64,000 nucleotides of DNA from an uncultured Thermoactinomycetaceae bacterium (GTDB taxonomy: Bacteria > Bacillota > Bacilli > Thermoactinomycetales > CALJVA01): assembly GCA_937975135.1 (NCBI GenBank), contig CALJVA010000118.1, forward strand, positions 27,861 through 91,860, written 5' to 3'. A model generated the notes under the pieces. That model had not been told where the DNA came from and did no database searches. It saw only the letters and a list, made by a program, of their open reading frames with translations. The position numbers were made by a program, and so were the translations under genes. Shown here piece after piece: positions 50,200 through 61,284 of the stretch (position 1 is its first letter; each line of letters begins with the position of its first letter).

Positions 50200-51141
50200 A
50201 TGGGTGTGGAAGAAAAATTAACAGTAAAAGAACTTGTTCAGCGATTTAATCTGGAGATTTTATGTGGTTGGGAAGGATTAGATCGACCACTAACCGTGAG
50301 CGATATTTATCGTCCTAGTTTGGAATTGGCAGGAATTATGAAGTATTATCCCGCAGAACGATTGCAGATTTTAGGTAAAACGGAGTTATCCTTTATCAGT
50401 GAACTGACTAAAGAGGTGCTGCATGAACGGTTAATACTGATATTGCAGAAATCAACCCCTTGCCTTTGTATCACAGGGGGAGGCGAGGCGCCTTCACAAT
50501 TGATCGAAACTGCTGAAAACAACGGGATTCCTGTATTACGCACATCAATGGCTACCAGTCGCTTTATCAGTAAAGCGGTTAATTTTTTAGAAAGCCACCT
50601 TGCCCCACGAACAACAGTTCATGGTGTTTTGGTTGATGTGTATGGGGTAGGAGTTCTTTTGATGGGTGCAAGTGGAATTGGAAAAAGTGAGACTGCATTA
50701 GAGCTTGTCAAGCGCGGTCATCGCTTGGTAGCGGATGATGCTGTTGAAATTTTACAAAATGCAGAAGATCGCTTGATTGGAACAGCCCCTGATCTGATTC
50801 GGCATCTGCTGGAGATTCGGGGACTTGGTATCATCAATGTAATGACCTTATTTGGAGCAGGAGCTGTTCGAGATCATAAGAAGATCTCCTTAGTGATCCG
50901 TCTGGAAGCATGGAAAGCCAATCGACAGTATGATCGGTTAGGTTTGGATGAAGAACGGATTCAAATCATTGATGCAACACTTCCACAACTAACCATACCC
51001 GTAAGACCTGGACGAAACTTGGCGGTAATTATTGAAGTGGCTGCGATGAATTTTCGCCTAAAACGGATGGGCTTTCATGCTGCGCAACACTTTGCGGAAC
51101 GATTAAAAGAAGCCCTTGATGAGGGGGATGACTTAGAGTGA
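50200..51141 (+). CDS. hprK: HPr kinase/phosphorylase
   Basis: [19 protein letters not shown] and [11 protein letters not shown]. Confidence 0.95.
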   Translation: MGVEEKLTVKELVQRFNLEILCGWEGLDRPLTVSDIYRPSLELAGIMKYYPAERLQILGKTELSFISELTKEVLHERLILILQKSTPCLCITGGGEAPSQLIETAENNGIPVLRTSMATSRFISKAVNFLESHLAPRTTVHGVLVDVYGVGVLLMGASGIGKSETALELVKRGHRLVADDAVEILQNAEDRLIGTAPDLIRHLLEIRGLGIINVMTLFGAGAVRDHKKISLVIRLEAWKANRQYDRLGLDEERIQIIDATLPQLTIPVRPGRNLAVIIEVAAMNFRLKRMGFHAAQHFAERLKEALDEGDDLE

Positions 51142-51226
51142 ATTACTTTGTACAGGTTTTATTTCCAATGGAGGACAAAGTAAGATAAAATAAATAAAAG
51201 CTTTGGGATACGGAAGGAGGAACGCC

Positions 51227-52135
51227 ATGTTCCTGACACAAGTAATCGATCCAATCGCCTTTTCTATTGGACCATTTACTATCCATTGGTATGGTTTGAT
51301 AATGGGAACAGCAGCGTTGGTTGGACTTTGGCTGGCAATCCGTGAGGGGAGACGTCATGGATTGGACAGTGAAGTTTTTCTCGATATGATGATCTGGGTA
51401 ATTCCGGCAGCTATCATAGGGGCACGCCTTTATTACGTTGCTTTTGAGTGGAGCTACTATTCGGAACACCCCGCAGATATTCTTGCCGTTTGGAAAGGTG
51501 GACTTGCGATCCATGGAGGTTTAATTGGTGGTTTCTTAGCTGGCGCTTGGTATGTAAAGCGTCATAAGCTCGCTTTTTTCCACCTGGCTGATATTGTGGC
51601 ACCAAGTATTATATTGGGACAAGCAATTGGTCGTTGGGGCAATTTTATTAATCAGGAAGCTCATGGATCCGAAGTTAGTGAATCTTTTCTTCAAAGTCTC
51701 CATTTGCCCCAGTGGATTATTGATCAAATGTATATCCAAGGAGCTTATTATCACCCCACATTTCTTTATGAATCACTATGGAATATCGTTGGGCTTATAT
51801 TGCTCTTGCTCTTACGCCGTTTCAATCCCCGACGAGGAGAAATCTTTTTTAGTTACTTAATTTGGTATTCCTTGGGTCGTTTCTTTATCGAAGGGTTACG
51901 GACAGACAGTTTGGCCTTTTATGGTCCTGAATGGCTGGCCGGCTTCTTAGATATTTTATGGTCTCCCGTGCAAGCCCTTTTTGAACCGGGGATGATTGCC
52001 GATGGGAATGTTCGAATCGCTCAGTTACTAAGTCTAAGTATCGTGATAATTGCCTCCATGGCGATTATATTACGCCGAAAAATGGGGTATGCTCAGCAGG
52101 CTTATCGGGAATCTAACGAAAGCATTTCCGGATAA
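51227..52135 (+). CDS. lgt: Prolipoprotein diacylglyceryl transferase
   Basis: [45 protein letters not shown]. The ATG at 51227 is 6 nt after GGAAGGAGG. Confidence 0.95.
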   Translation: MFLTQVIDPIAFSIGPFTIHWYGLIMGTAALVGLWLAIREGRRHGLDSEVFLDMMIWVIPAAIIGARLYYVAFEWSYYSEHPADILAVWKGGLAIHGGLIGGFLAGAWYVKRHKLAFFHLADIVAPSIILGQAIGRWGNFINQEAHGSEVSESFLQSLHLPQWIIDQMYIQGAYYHPTFLYESLWNIVGLILLLLLRRFNPRRGEIFFSYLIWYSLGRFFIEGLRTDSLAFYGPEWLAGFLDILWSPVQALFEPGMIADGNVRIAQLLSLSIVIIASMAIILRRKMGYAQQAYRESNESISG

Positions 52136-52161
52136 AAACAAACATTTGGAGTGGTTATCTT

Positions 52162-52815
52162 TTGCGTTATTCGGTGATATTGTTTGATTTAGATGGAACC
52201 TTACTTGATACCAGTGAGTTAATTTTTACCTCTTTTAAACACACTTTTGAACGTTTCTGTCCAGGGAAATATTCGCGAGAAGTTGTGATCCCTTATTTTG
52301 GTGAGCCCTTGGAAGAGACGATGAAGCGATTTAATCCTGGACAAGCGAAAGCGATGGTGGAAACTTACCGGAAGTATAATCTTCTTTATCACGATCAACT
52401 GATTCGCATATTTCCCGAGGTCCAAGAAGTATTGGCCAAACTTTATGAAGCTGGAATCAAACTCGGAGTGGTGACGAATAAACAGCGAAAAACAGCAGAG
52501 ATGGGTCTAAATCACTTTAATCTAGGAAAGTATATGGAAACCATGGTCTGTTATGGGGAAGCAGAGCGACCTAAGCCAGCTGCAGCTCCAATTCTTAAAG
52601 CATTGAAGCAACTAAATGCGACTCCTGACCAGGCACTTATGGTTGGAGATAGTCGCTTTGATCTCTTGGCAGCTCGGGAAGCTGAGGTAAGCTCTGTGTT
52701 TGTTAAATGGAGCTTACATACTCTTGATTCCATCAAGGAGTTTTCTCCTACTTATGTTATTGAGAGAATGAGTGATCTGCTTTCTCTGGTACAGATAAAT
52801 GGTGGGAGCGAGTAA
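52162..52815 (+). CDS. ppaX: HAD-family pyrophosphatase PpaX
   Basis: ILFDLDGTLLDT, VVTNK and MVGDS. The gene order is hprK-lgt-ppaX. Confidence 0.85.
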   Translation: MRYSVILFDLDGTLLDTSELIFTSFKHTFERFCPGKYSREVVIPYFGEPLEETMKRFNPGQAKAMVETYRKYNLLYHDQLIRIFPEVQEVLAKLYEAGIKLGVVTNKQRKTAEMGLNHFNLGKYMETMVCYGEAERPKPAAAPILKALKQLNATPDQALMVGDSRFDLLAAREAEVSSVFVKWSLHTLDSIKEFSPTYVIERMSDLLSLVQINGGSE

Positions 52816-52817
52816 TC

Positions 52818-53327
52818 ATGCGGAAGGTAGAACGTTACCCTGTTACAGGCAGCAATTCGCTCTGGCAATTATATCGGATCCTTCCCTTCTGGCGCGTTTT
52901 TCGCAATGTAGTAGTTATTTTGATTGCGCGATTTGTTCCTTTTTTTGGTTTTAAAAATGCATTGTACCGTATATTAGGGATACGAATCGGGGAAAAGACA
53001 GCCATTGCGTTGATGGCGGTAATGGATGTGCTTTATCCAGAACGAATTTCCATCGGGAAAAATACAATTATTGGTTACAACACCACCATTTTAACCCACG
53101 AATACTTGATCGATGAATACCGGGTAGGGGATGTTCGCATAGGAAATCATGTGATGATTGGAGCAGGCTCCATTATCCTTCCCGGTATTACCATTGGGGA
53201 TTACGCTGTGGTGGGTGCTGGTTCTGTTGTTAACCAGGATGTTCCCCCATTTGCTTTTGTTGCTGGTCAGCCAGCACGTGTAATCCGTTATCAGGAGAAG
53301 AAAAGAGAAGAAAAACCTCAGTCCTAA
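52818..53327 (+). CDS. Hexapeptide-repeat O-acetyltransferase (YvoF-like)
   Basis: Left-handed beta-helix repeats (IGNHVMIGAGSIILPGITIGDYAVVGAGSVV). Syntenic with yvoF. Confidence 0.8.
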   Translation: MRKVERYPVTGSNSLWQLYRILPFWRVFRNVVVILIARFVPFFGFKNALYRILGIRIGEKTAIALMAVMDVLYPERISIGKNTIIGYNTTILTHEYLIDEYRVGDVRIGNHVMIGAGSIILPGITIGDYAVVGAGSVVNQDVPPFAFVAGQPARVIRYQEKKREEKPQS

Positions 53328-53481
53328 AGGAATGATTATAAAAGAGAAGGGGGATTCCCCTTCTCTTTTACGTCAGCAAATATTTGTTACAATAGAGATC
53401 AATTTTTGTTCTCGTTAGATGGAATCTACTGGAGATGGTATCTTCTCATTCGATAAAATGCAGGATAAGGGGGGAAGACCG

Positions 53482-53817
53482 TTGTTTGCCACACGGTTGT
53501 CTCAATTGCGTAAAGGAGCAGGAATAACTCAGGAACAGCTTGCCAAAGAACTGGGAACTTCACGCGGAGCATTATCGATGTACGAAATTGGACGGCGGGA
53601 GCCTGATTTCGATACACTGGTGAGAATTGCCCGTTATTTTTCTGTTACCGTTGATTATCTTGTCGGCTTGAGTGATCAACCTCATGGACATGGTAAACAG
53701 TCGGTTATACTTCGGGAATTATCACAACTAACTGAAGATGAGGTAGAGTATGTACGTGAAACTTTGCAGGTTTATCGCCGTTTAAAAAGAAAGCAACAAA
53801 AGAGCCAGGAAGACTAA
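53482..53817 (+). CDS. XRE-family helix-turn-helix transcriptional regulator
   Basis: LSQLRKGAGITQEQLAKELGTSRGALSMYEIGRREPDFDTLVRIARYFSVTVDYLVG. The TTG at 53482 follows AAGGGGGGA. The ORF is open from 53419. Confidence 0.8.
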   Translation: MFATRLSQLRKGAGITQEQLAKELGTSRGALSMYEIGRREPDFDTLVRIARYFSVTVDYLVGLSDQPHGHGKQSVILRELSQLTEDEVEYVRETLQVYRRLKRKQQKSQED

Positions 53818-53858
53818 TCATCAACGAAGTTTAAACATACATAGATGGAGAAGAAAGA

Positions 53859-53885
53859 CTGGGGTAGGATCAATGGCAACCCCAG
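53859..53885. terminator. Hairpin between the convergent XRE gene and pyrD
   Basis: CTGGGGT, 13-nt loop, ACCCCAG, with pyrimidine/purine-rich flanks. Confidence 0.5.
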
Positions 53886-53970
53886 CTTTCCGTCAAGAAT
53901 GCCTATTGATATAAAGTGCCAACGAAAAAGATAGAGATGTGTGTTTCTATGTATGGAAATAAGATAGATA

Positions 53971-55050
53971 TTATGCATCCACACCAACGATATCTTCAAC
54001 CTTCTTGACACCATCTCGTTCAAAGAGAGCGAGTAATTCTTGATTAATTTTTTGGGAAATTCTTGGTCCACGGTATATCATTCCAGTATAAACTTGAATG
54101 AGCCGAGCTCCAGCGCGGATTTTTTTATAGGCATCTTCACCGGTAAAAATTCCACCTACCCCAATAATAGGAACTTTCCCCTTTGTAATCTGATAAATAT
54201 GCCGGATTTTCTCTGTGGCAGTGTCTGACAGTGGTTTACCGCTTAAGCCACCAGATTCTTGAGCATGGGGATGACGCAATCCCTTACGAGAGAGCGTTGT
54301 ATTGACCGCGATGAAACCGTCGATTCCTAAATCGAGTCCCAGTTGGATCGCTTCTGACAATTCTTCTTTGGTAAGATCAGGAGCAACTTTAAGAAACAAA
54401 GGTTGGACAGTGCCAGTCTTTTTAGCCAAATTATTGCGTTCATCCAGTAAAAATCGGAGAAGTTTTTCGAGGGATTCTGCTTTTTGTAAATCTCGCAATC
54501 CCTTGGTATTGGGAGAACTGATATTGATGACAAAATAATCTCCCAAAGAATAAAGGCTACGAAGTCCTTGACGATAATCTTCTACTGCTTTTTCATTCGG
54601 TGTATTCTTATTTTTTCCTAAGTTGATCCCAATTGGAATCGTGGGTCGGGGTAGGTTTCGTAGGTTCTTCGCAGCCGCTTCAATTCCTCGGTTATTAAAT
54701 CCCATCCGATTAATAATGGCATAGTCTTCTGGCAAGCGGAACATTCGCGGAGGTGGATTTCCCGGTTGCGGTTTTGGAGTCAGAGTACCTACTTCTACAA
54801 AGCTGAATCCTAAGGCAGCTAGTGCAGGATAAACGGTAGCATTTTTGTCAAATCCCGCAGCAAGGCCAACGGGATGAGGAAAAAAGAGATTCCCTACTGT
54901 GCCTGCTAATCGGGAATCATTGATTTTTCTTCTGCGAAGTAATGAGAGAAATCCTGGTGTAGCCTGAGCCAAGCGTAAGGCATGTATGGTCCAATCGTGA
55001 GCTTTTTCCGGATCTAGGTGAAACAGTAGTTTTCGTAGATAGGGGTACAA
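53971..55050 (-). CDS. pyrD: Dihydroorotate dehydrogenase (quinone), class 2
   Basis: N-terminal extension MYPYLRKLLFHLDPEKAH, GFDKN, the catalytic-Ser motif NISSPNTKGLR, and GVGGI. Confidence 0.92.
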   Translation of the reverse strand: MYPYLRKLLFHLDPEKAHDWTIHALRLAQATPGFLSLLRRRKINDSRLAGTVGNLFFPHPVGLAAGFDKNATVYPALAALGFSFVEVGTLTPKPQPGNPPPRMFRLPEDYAIINRMGFNNRGIEAAAKNLRNLPRPTIPIGINLGKNKNTPNEKAVEDYRQGLRSLYSLGDYFVINISSPNTKGLRDLQKAESLEKLLRFLLDERNNLAKKTGTVQPLFLKVAPDLTKEELSEAIQLGLDLGIDGFIAVNTTLSRKGLRHPHAQESGGLSGKPLSDTATEKIRHIYQITKGKVPIIGVGGIFTGEDAYKKIRAGARLIQVYTGMIYRGPRISQKINQELLALFERDGVKKVEDIVGVDA

Positions 55051-55296
55051 GCCCCTTTCCCTCCTTGTTATATCGATTTTCTATAAATAATTTCAGGTGA
55101 AAGATGAGAGGGGTAAAGTCCTTCTGTAGCATAACATATTTTCCACTTAAATTATGAATGGAGTTTTCCCTTTCTAGTAAAAGCATATGAAATGAATAGT
55201 TTATTCATTGTAAGGAGACTAAACTTATTGATGAGGCTTGTTTTTTCCCTGTGCTTCCAATTATAATGAGATATATTGTAACAACTAGTAGATTGG

Positions 55297-56160
55297 ATGG
55301 GAAAACCGATGGCGAAATTGTTGGGGAAGAAAGGTCTTGTCATTTTATTTACGCTTTTTTTATCTGTGATGTTAACCGGTTGTGGAGAATTGATTGAGGC
55401 TTTATCGAAAGTAGGAACAGCAACAGAACAAAAAGAAAAGGCAAAGGAAGAAAAAGAAGAACTTACTGCTGAAAATGTTCTAAAGAAGAATCGGGAAGAA
55501 ATGGACAAGGTAAAAGGTTTTTCCTATACTGCGAATGGAGAGATGAAAATCTCTGGGGATACGGGGACAGGAATTTCCGCTAACCTATCCATTAAGATTA
55601 AACAGGATTCGGAAGTTTTAATTGACTCTCCCGATGTACACCATAATATCTCGTTCCAAGCTATGGGTGAATCCAAGAGCTGGGAAGTATATTTTGTAGA
55701 TGGAACATTTTATAGCAATGAAGATGGTTTTTGGACGAAGAAAAGTGGCTTAAGTGGTTTTGACTTTGGAAGTATTAGTATTGTAGATGATCCTCATGTT
55801 ACACTCAAACAGCTGCGGAATGAGTCAGATCCTAAAATGAGCCAGGAATCAGGTTCTTATGTTTTTGAACTGGAAGTCCCTCAAGAAAAATCAAGTCTTT
55901 TCTTGAGAGGAATTCTAGAAGGGATTATGGAAGAGTTGTCACCAACCAATTCCAATTCTTCGACCATCAAAAAGAAAATCTGGCTAGATGAAAAAACTTT
56001 TTTGCCCACCAAAATGGAACAATCCCTCGAATTAACTTTTCCTCCCAGTGGTGGAGATAATCCTGAAAAGATCGAGCTTGTTCTGGAAGCTTCAATCACA
56101 GGGCAGATCGATCAAGTAAATGTTCCCTCTCATGTTGTACATGGTGCAATAGAAAATTAA
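55297..56160 (+). CDS. Putative lipoprotein, unknown function
   Basis: Signal peptide with lipobox LTGC. The mature domain is beta-rich. I recognise no family. Confidence 0.65.
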   Translation: MGKPMAKLLGKKGLVILFTLFLSVMLTGCGELIEALSKVGTATEQKEKAKEEKEELTAENVLKKNREEMDKVKGFSYTANGEMKISGDTGTGISANLSIKIKQDSEVLIDSPDVHHNISFQAMGESKSWEVYFVDGTFYSNEDGFWTKKSGLSGFDFGSISIVDDPHVTLKQLRNESDPKMSQESGSYVFELEVPQEKSSLFLRGILEGIMEELSPTNSNSSTIKKKIWLDEKTFLPTKMEQSLELTFPPSGGDNPEKIELVLEASITGQIDQVNVPSHVVHGAIEN

Positions 56161-56176
56161 TCGATTTCGTTATTGG

Positions 56177-56209
56177 CCGTGGTCCCATTGGGATCGCGGT
56201 ATTTTGTTT
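56177..56209 (+). terminator. Rho-independent terminator
   Basis: CCGTGGTCCC, ATTG loop, GGGATCGCGG (two G-U pairs), then TATTTTGTTT. Confidence 0.7.
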
Positions 56210-56273
56210 CTGTTTCGCTTTCGTCTCTTCTTTCACTTTCGTTATAATAATTTGGGAAGTGGAGGGAAGTACA

Positions 56274-56837
56274 GTGAAATTACCATTTGCTACAGCTAAT
56301 GAAGGTAAATTAGAGGAAGCAAGGCGAGTACTCGCTCCATATGGAATTGAAGTAGTTCCATTAAAAGTAGATATATGGGAGCCGAAAGAGGGATCTGTTT
56401 CAGAGATCGCCTTAGAGAAACTACGTCAAGTGCGTGCACAGGGTTATCAGCGTGTCATGGTGGATGATACTGCTATTTTTTTTGCCGCATATGATCAGTT
56501 TCCAGGAGTTCTTACCAAGCGAATTTTTGATCGTATCGGATATCGGGGCATTATGAAGTTGTTAGAGGGGGAATCACGAGCCGCTTGGTTTGAAGGAGCG
56601 GTAGCCGTCGCATGGGATGATACGGAAGCTTGTTTTACAGCTCGAACCTATGGGGAGATTATTACTTGTGAACCTGAAAAAATTGTAATGCAACCGGGAA
56701 TGCCTTTTAATCCGATCTTTATTCCAGAAAATGAACAGCGAGTTTGGGCGGATCTTTCTTTTGAGGAACAACTGAAAATTTCCTATCGTGGAAAAGCTCT
56801 GAGGCAATTGGCTGACTGGCTCCAAAGAGCGGTTTGA
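56274..56837 (+). CDS. Non-canonical purine NTP pyrophosphatase (Ham1/RdgB family)
   Basis: FATANEGKLEEA at the N-terminus and Ham1-like length. The GTG at 56274 follows GGAGGG. Confidence 0.65.
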   Translation: MKLPFATANEGKLEEARRVLAPYGIEVVPLKVDIWEPKEGSVSEIALEKLRQVRAQGYQRVMVDDTAIFFAAYDQFPGVLTKRIFDRIGYRGIMKLLEGESRAAWFEGAVAVAWDDTEACFTARTYGEIITCEPEKIVMQPGMPFNPIFIPENEQRVWADLSFEEQLKISYRGKALRQLADWLQRAV

Positions 56838-56896
56838 TAGTGTAAGGATATGGGATCTGTTCGATCGATCTGATCGATTTTAAGAAAACAAAAGAA

Positions 56897-56925
56897 TTGA
56901 CAGTCCTTTGGGATCATGTTAAGCT
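56897..56925 (+). promoter_or_regulatory. Possible his operon promoter
   Basis: TTGACA, 17 nt, TAAGCT (weak -10). An alternative TGGTATATT lies just downstream. Confidence 0.3.
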
Positions 56926-56978
56926 ATGGTATATTCTTTATCTCATTAGCGAACTAAAGTGATCTAGGGGTGAGGTGA

Positions 56979-58160
56979 ATGGTGGATCAACGTCGATTTG
57001 AAAAGCCAGCGGGGTTTCGTGATTATCCTCCGCCACTGGCGGAGAAAAAACGGGCCCTAGAAGAAAAGATTCGGAAAGCGTTTTGCCGTTGGGGATACCA
57101 GGAAGTGCTCACCCCTACATTGGAATACTTCGAGACTGTGGGTGAAGCGAGTGTAATCGAAGAAAAGAGGATATTTAAATTAATTGATCGAGAAGGAAAA
57201 ACACTCGCTTTGCGACCAGATCAAACCGCGCCGATTGCTCGGGTAGTTTCTACATCTTTAGGTGATGCGCCTCTACCCTTACGCCTCTTTTATCAGACCA
57301 ATGTTTTTCGGGCACAGGAGGAGAGAATGGGGCGCGATGCGGAGTTTTTTCAATCTGGAGTGGAGTTGATTGGGGAACCAACTCCAGAAGGGGATGCTGA
57401 AGTGATTGCTTTGGCTGTAGAAGTGCTGCAGATATGTAAGATCCCTTCTTTTCGTCTGGTAGTGGGTCATGTAGGGTTGTTACATGATTTGCTTCAGGAA
57501 ACCGTTGGTGAATCACAAATGATCCAAAAATTGAAGCAAGCTTTACGGGAGCGGGACAATGTGGGATACCGCCAACTGGTACAAGAAGCGAAATTGAGCA
57601 CGAATCACCGAGCATTTCTCCTTTCTCTGCTTAGTCCAAAAGAACAGTTTTCTCTTTTGGAAGGGATTCAGGATAAATTTCACTCATCTGAAATTGAGCA
57701 AAGCGTAGCTTACCTAAGAGCATTGTGGGAGGCGCTACAAGATTATGGTGTATCTAACAACGTTACTTTTGATCCCCTGTTGACAGGAAGTTTGTCTTAT
57801 TACACAGGAGTTTACTTTGAAGGGTATGCCAATGCACTTGGTTTCCCACTGTTAAGTGGTGGGCGATATGATCGACTGATGGAACGATTTGGTCGCTCGG
57901 CAGGGGCCACAGGTTTTGCGATTAAAATCGACCGCTTAATGGAGGTTTGTTTACACATCCCTTGTAAAACAAGGCGTATAGCTATTCTTTTTTCACAAAA
58001 AAAGAGAAAAGAGGCGATTACAAAGGCAATGCGATTACGAAAGCAGGGATTGGCGGTTGTGCTTCAACCAATAGATCGACGAAATAAACTGTCAGAAGTG
58101 TGGAAATCATCTTTTACCCAGTGGATTGAGTTGAGAGAGGAGGAGGGAGATGAAAAATGA
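56979..58160 (+). CDS. hisZ: ATP phosphoribosyltransferase regulatory subunit
   Basis: HisRS-like catalytic-core paralog ([25 protein letters not shown]) lacking an anticodon domain. It precedes a short-form hisG. Confidence 0.9.
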   Translation: MVDQRRFEKPAGFRDYPPPLAEKKRALEEKIRKAFCRWGYQEVLTPTLEYFETVGEASVIEEKRIFKLIDREGKTLALRPDQTAPIARVVSTSLGDAPLPLRLFYQTNVFRAQEERMGRDAEFFQSGVELIGEPTPEGDAEVIALAVEVLQICKIPSFRLVVGHVGLLHDLLQETVGESQMIQKLKQALRERDNVGYRQLVQEAKLSTNHRAFLLSLLSPKEQFSLLEGIQDKFHSSEIEQSVAYLRALWEALQDYGVSNNVTFDPLLTGSLSYYTGVYFEGYANALGFPLLSGGRYDRLMERFGRSAGATGFAIKIDRLMEVCLHIPCKTRRIAILFSQKKRKEAITKAMRLRKQGLAVVLQPIDRRNKLSEVWKSSFTQWIELREEEGDEK

Positions 58161-58791
58161 ATTGACGATTGCCATGCCAAAAGGGCGTATCCTGAAGGAG
58201 GCCCTTGGTTTGCTACACAATGCGGGAATAGATGTGCCAACTCATATTGCTGACTCTCGAAAGTTAACAGTAAAACTGCCAGTAGAGGGGCTTTCTTTTT
58301 TTCTAGCTAAACCAACAGATGTTCCCACATATGTAGAATATGGTGTGGCAGATTTGGGGATTGTAGGCAAGGATGTCTTACTTGAGGAGGGCCGGGATGT
58401 ATATGAGCTCCTCGATTTGCAAATTAGTCCCTGTAGGATTAGTATCGCTGCATTGCCTGATTGGCAACCTGTACTGCACCCGCGCGTTGCGACAAAATAT
58501 CCACGTCTTACAGAACGGTATTTTCGCGGTCTTGGGCAGCAGGTAGAAGTGATTCGACTAAACGGGTCTGTGGAGTTGGCCCCCCTGATTGGGCTTGCAG
58601 ATCGTATTGTCGATGTGGTTTCTACCGGTCAGACCCTGAAAGAAAATGGCTTGGTTGAGCTTAAACAGATTACCTCAGTAACTGCTCGCCTAATTGCTAA
58701 CCGGGGAAGTTATCGGATGAAACGCAATGCGATCGGCATTTTGGAAGAGAAATTGGCTCTGGCGGTGGGGAAAAGGAAGGTGCTACAATGA
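58150..58791 (+). CDS. hisG: ATP phosphoribosyltransferase, short form
   Basis: [28 protein letters not shown] and [12 protein letters not shown]. At 213 aa it is the HisZ-dependent type. Confidence 0.95.
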   Translation: MKNELTIAMPKGRILKEALGLLHNAGIDVPTHIADSRKLTVKLPVEGLSFFLAKPTDVPTYVEYGVADLGIVGKDVLLEEGRDVYELLDLQISPCRISIAALPDWQPVLHPRVATKYPRLTERYFRGLGQQVEVIRLNGSVELAPLIGLADRIVDVVSTGQTLKENGLVELKQITSVTARLIANRGSYRMKRNAIGILEEKLALAVGKRKVLQ

Positions 58792-60068
58792 TTGCCATTA
58801 AGGAGCCGCAAAGGCTGCTAAAGGAGCGGACAGCTGAAGGCATGGATGACCAGGAGCGAGCGGAGATCCTAGGAATTTTAAATGCGGTTAGGCGAGAGGG
58901 AGATGCGGCTTTACGCCGTTTAACAGCACAGTTTGATAGAGTTCAGTTGCAAGAACTGCGTCTCTCTTACGAAGAAATGGATGAAGCGCTCCATCATGTA
59001 TCTGAAGATTTTATAATGGCATTACGCCGAGCGGCCAGGCGAATTTATACGTATCATGAAAAGCAAACGTTTCACTCCTCCCTTATAACAGAAGAGGATG
59101 GAACGGTTTTGGGACAATTGGTTCGTCCATTGGAGCGAATAGGTGTTTATATACCTGGAGGACGGGCAGCCTATCCCTCTACTGTGTTGATGACCGTTAT
59201 ACCTGCTCGAGTTGCTGGTGTTTCAGAAATTGTAATGATGACGCCCCCAGGACCGGAGGGAAAGGTTGATCCTTCGATCTTGGTGGCAGCTCAGGAGGCG
59301 GGGGTGACAGAAATATGGAAGGTGGGTGGAGCACAGGCAATTGGGGCACTTGCATATGGAACTGAGTCGATCCGCAAAGTGGATAAGATTGTAGGTCCGG
59401 GTAATCGTTACGTAGCCCTGGCGAAACGGGAAGTTTACGGCCAGGTGGATATTGATATGATTGCAGGGCCCAGTGAAGTAGTGATTATTGCAGATGAATC
59501 TGCTGATCCCGCTTTTGTGGCCGCTGATCTATTGGCCCAGGCCGAACATGATCCCCTGGCCTCTGCGATTTTACTAACAACATGCAAAAAAATGGCTACT
59601 CAGGTGATCCAAGAGTTAAAATTCCAATATCGTGACTTAAAGCGCCGTCAGATTGTAGAGGCCTCGCTGCAAAAACAGGGTGCAATCTGCATTACCACCG
59701 ATCTGGATGAAGCTATTGATACTGCCAATCAATTAGCACCTGAGCATCTGCAATTGATGGTAAAGCAACCATGGAATTGGGTAGGGAAAATAAAAAACGC
59801 AGGAGCGATTTTTCTCGGTACTCATTCTCCCGAGGCGATTGGAGACTATATTGCCGGTCCAAGTCATGTGCTTCCAACCAATGGAACAGCTCGCTTTTTT
59901 TCTCCCCTTGGAGTGGATGATTTTATAAAGAAGTCGAGTCTTATTGCATATAGCAAAGAAGGTTTCCAGCGAGATGGTGCTGCTGTGATGTTGTTGGCGG
60001 AGAAGGAAGGCTTAGATGCACATGCTGCCTCGATCCGCGCCCGTCTTCAACAAAGGAGGGGAAATTAG
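58788..60068 (+). CDS. hisD: Histidinol dehydrogenase
   Basis: [16 protein letters not shown] and [13 protein letters not shown]. Confidence 0.95.
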   Translation: MIAIKEPQRLLKERTAEGMDDQERAEILGILNAVRREGDAALRRLTAQFDRVQLQELRLSYEEMDEALHHVSEDFIMALRRAARRIYTYHEKQTFHSSLITEEDGTVLGQLVRPLERIGVYIPGGRAAYPSTVLMTVIPARVAGVSEIVMMTPPGPEGKVDPSILVAAQEAGVTEIWKVGGAQAIGALAYGTESIRKVDKIVGPGNRYVALAKREVYGQVDIDMIAGPSEVVIIADESADPAFVAADLLAQAEHDPLASAILLTTCKKMATQVIQELKFQYRDLKRRQIVEASLQKQGAICITTDLDEAIDTANQLAPEHLQLMVKQPWNWVGKIKNAGAIFLGTHSPEAIGDYIAGPSHVLPTNGTARFFSPLGVDDFIKKSSLIAYSKEGFQRDGAAVMLLAEKEGLDAHAASIRARLQQRRGN

Positions 60069-60069
60069 G

Positions 60070-60663
60070 ATGGAAGGAGAACGAACAGCAAGCATTTACC
60101 GAGTGACAAGTGAAACGGAGGTTTCTTTAAATTTGTCGGTTGATGGAGAGGGGAAAGCTTCTCTTGCAACAGGTGTCCCCTTTCTGAATCATATGTTAGA
60201 TCTTTTTGCCAAACACGGTCAGTTTGACCTTGAAGTTATGGCGAAAGGAGATTTGGAGATTGACGATCATCACACAGTAGAAGATGTTGCCCTCTGTTTG
60301 GGAAAGGCTTTCCACCAAGCTTTGGGGAAGAAACAGGGAATTCGTCGTTATGGTCAAGCATGGGTACCGATGGACGATGCCTTAGGACAAGTGGTGATTG
60401 ATCTTTCTGGTCGATCTTATCTTCATTTTCAAGCCACTTTTCCTAGCCAACAGGTAGGAACATTTTCTACAGAGTTAGTTGAGGAGTTTTTTGCCAAGTT
60501 AGCACAGGAAGGACGATTTAATCTCCATGTGATTCTTCATTATGGACGCAATACTCACCATATGATTGAAGCCCTTTTTAAAGCATTGGGTCGTGCTTTG
60601 GATGAAGCGACACAGATTGATCCACGGGTGAAGGGAATTCCCTCGTCAAAAGGGGTGTTATAA
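60070..60663 (+). CDS. hisB: Imidazoleglycerol-phosphate dehydratase
   Basis: DDHHTVEDVALCLG, GRNTHHMIEALFKALGRAL and IPSSKG. The ATG at 60070 follows AGGAGGGG. Confidence 0.95.
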   Translation: MEGERTASIYRVTSETEVSLNLSVDGEGKASLATGVPFLNHMLDLFAKHGQFDLEVMAKGDLEIDDHHTVEDVALCLGKAFHQALGKKQGIRRYGQAWVPMDDALGQVVIDLSGRSYLHFQATFPSQQVGTFSTELVEEFFAKLAQEGRFNLHVILHYGRNTHHMIEALFKALGRALDEATQIDPRVKGIPSSKGVL

Positions 60664-61284
60664 GTGATGATTGCTGTTATTAGTGATCCGAGTGAAGGAG
60701 TTTCTGTGATTGGAAAGCGACTGGAAAAGTTGCAGGTACCCTACATAGAAACTTGTGATCCGGATCAGATTCGGCATGCCTCAGGAATAATTCTATCTTG
60801 TTCAGGGAATTTCGGACAAAAAATGCGCTTCCTTTCCCAACATCAGTTAACTCATGTGATCAAGGAAGAAGCGATAAAAGGGAAACCTTTACTAGGAATT
60901 AACCTAGGGATGCAGTTGCTTTTTACTAGCAGTGATGAAGATGGGTACCATCAAGGTTTAAACTTGTTGGCGGGTCATGTTCAACCTTATAAGGGGAAGG
61001 ATTACGATATTCATCTGGGTTGGCATCGACTTCGCTTTACACAGATGGATCCTCTGACCTGGGGATTGGAGGAACAAGAGGTGTATTTTGCACATCGTTT
61101 TGCAGTACAGGTTGCCAATCCGGAAGATTTACTTGGGAGAACTGATGGGGATCCTCCAGTTGTAGCGATTGTAGGGAGAAATAATATTTATGGAATTCAG
61201 TTCTGTGTTGAGAAAAGTGGTTCTCTTGGGTTAAAGTTGCTCCAAAGGTTTGTACATCAATGTAAGTTAAGGATGGACGTGTAA
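60664..61284 (+). CDS. hisH: HisH-like ImGP synthase subunit with a degenerate glutaminase active site
   Basis: It sits in the hisB-hisH-hisA position and is HisH-like throughout (LLGInLGMQLLF, HLGW, YFAH, GIQFcvEKSG). The catalytic Cys and His are replaced by Asn and Cys. Confidence 0.85.
   Translation: MMIAVISDPSEGVSVIGKRLEKLQVPYIETCDPDQIRHASGIILSCSGNFGQKMRFLSQHQLTHVIKEEAIKGKPLLGINLGMQLLFTSSDEDGYHQGLNLLAGHVQPYKGKDYDIHLGWHRLRFTQMDPLTWGLEEQEVYFAHRFAVQVANPEDLLGRTDGDPPVVAIVGRNNIYGIQFCVEKSGSLGLKLLQRFVHQCKLRMDV

Noticed and set aside
56838-56978. Possible T-box or leader-peptide attenuator upstream of hisZ
   Set aside because: The spacer is only 140 nt. It has no His-codon-rich leader ORF, no T-box consensus and no terminator/antiterminator pair.
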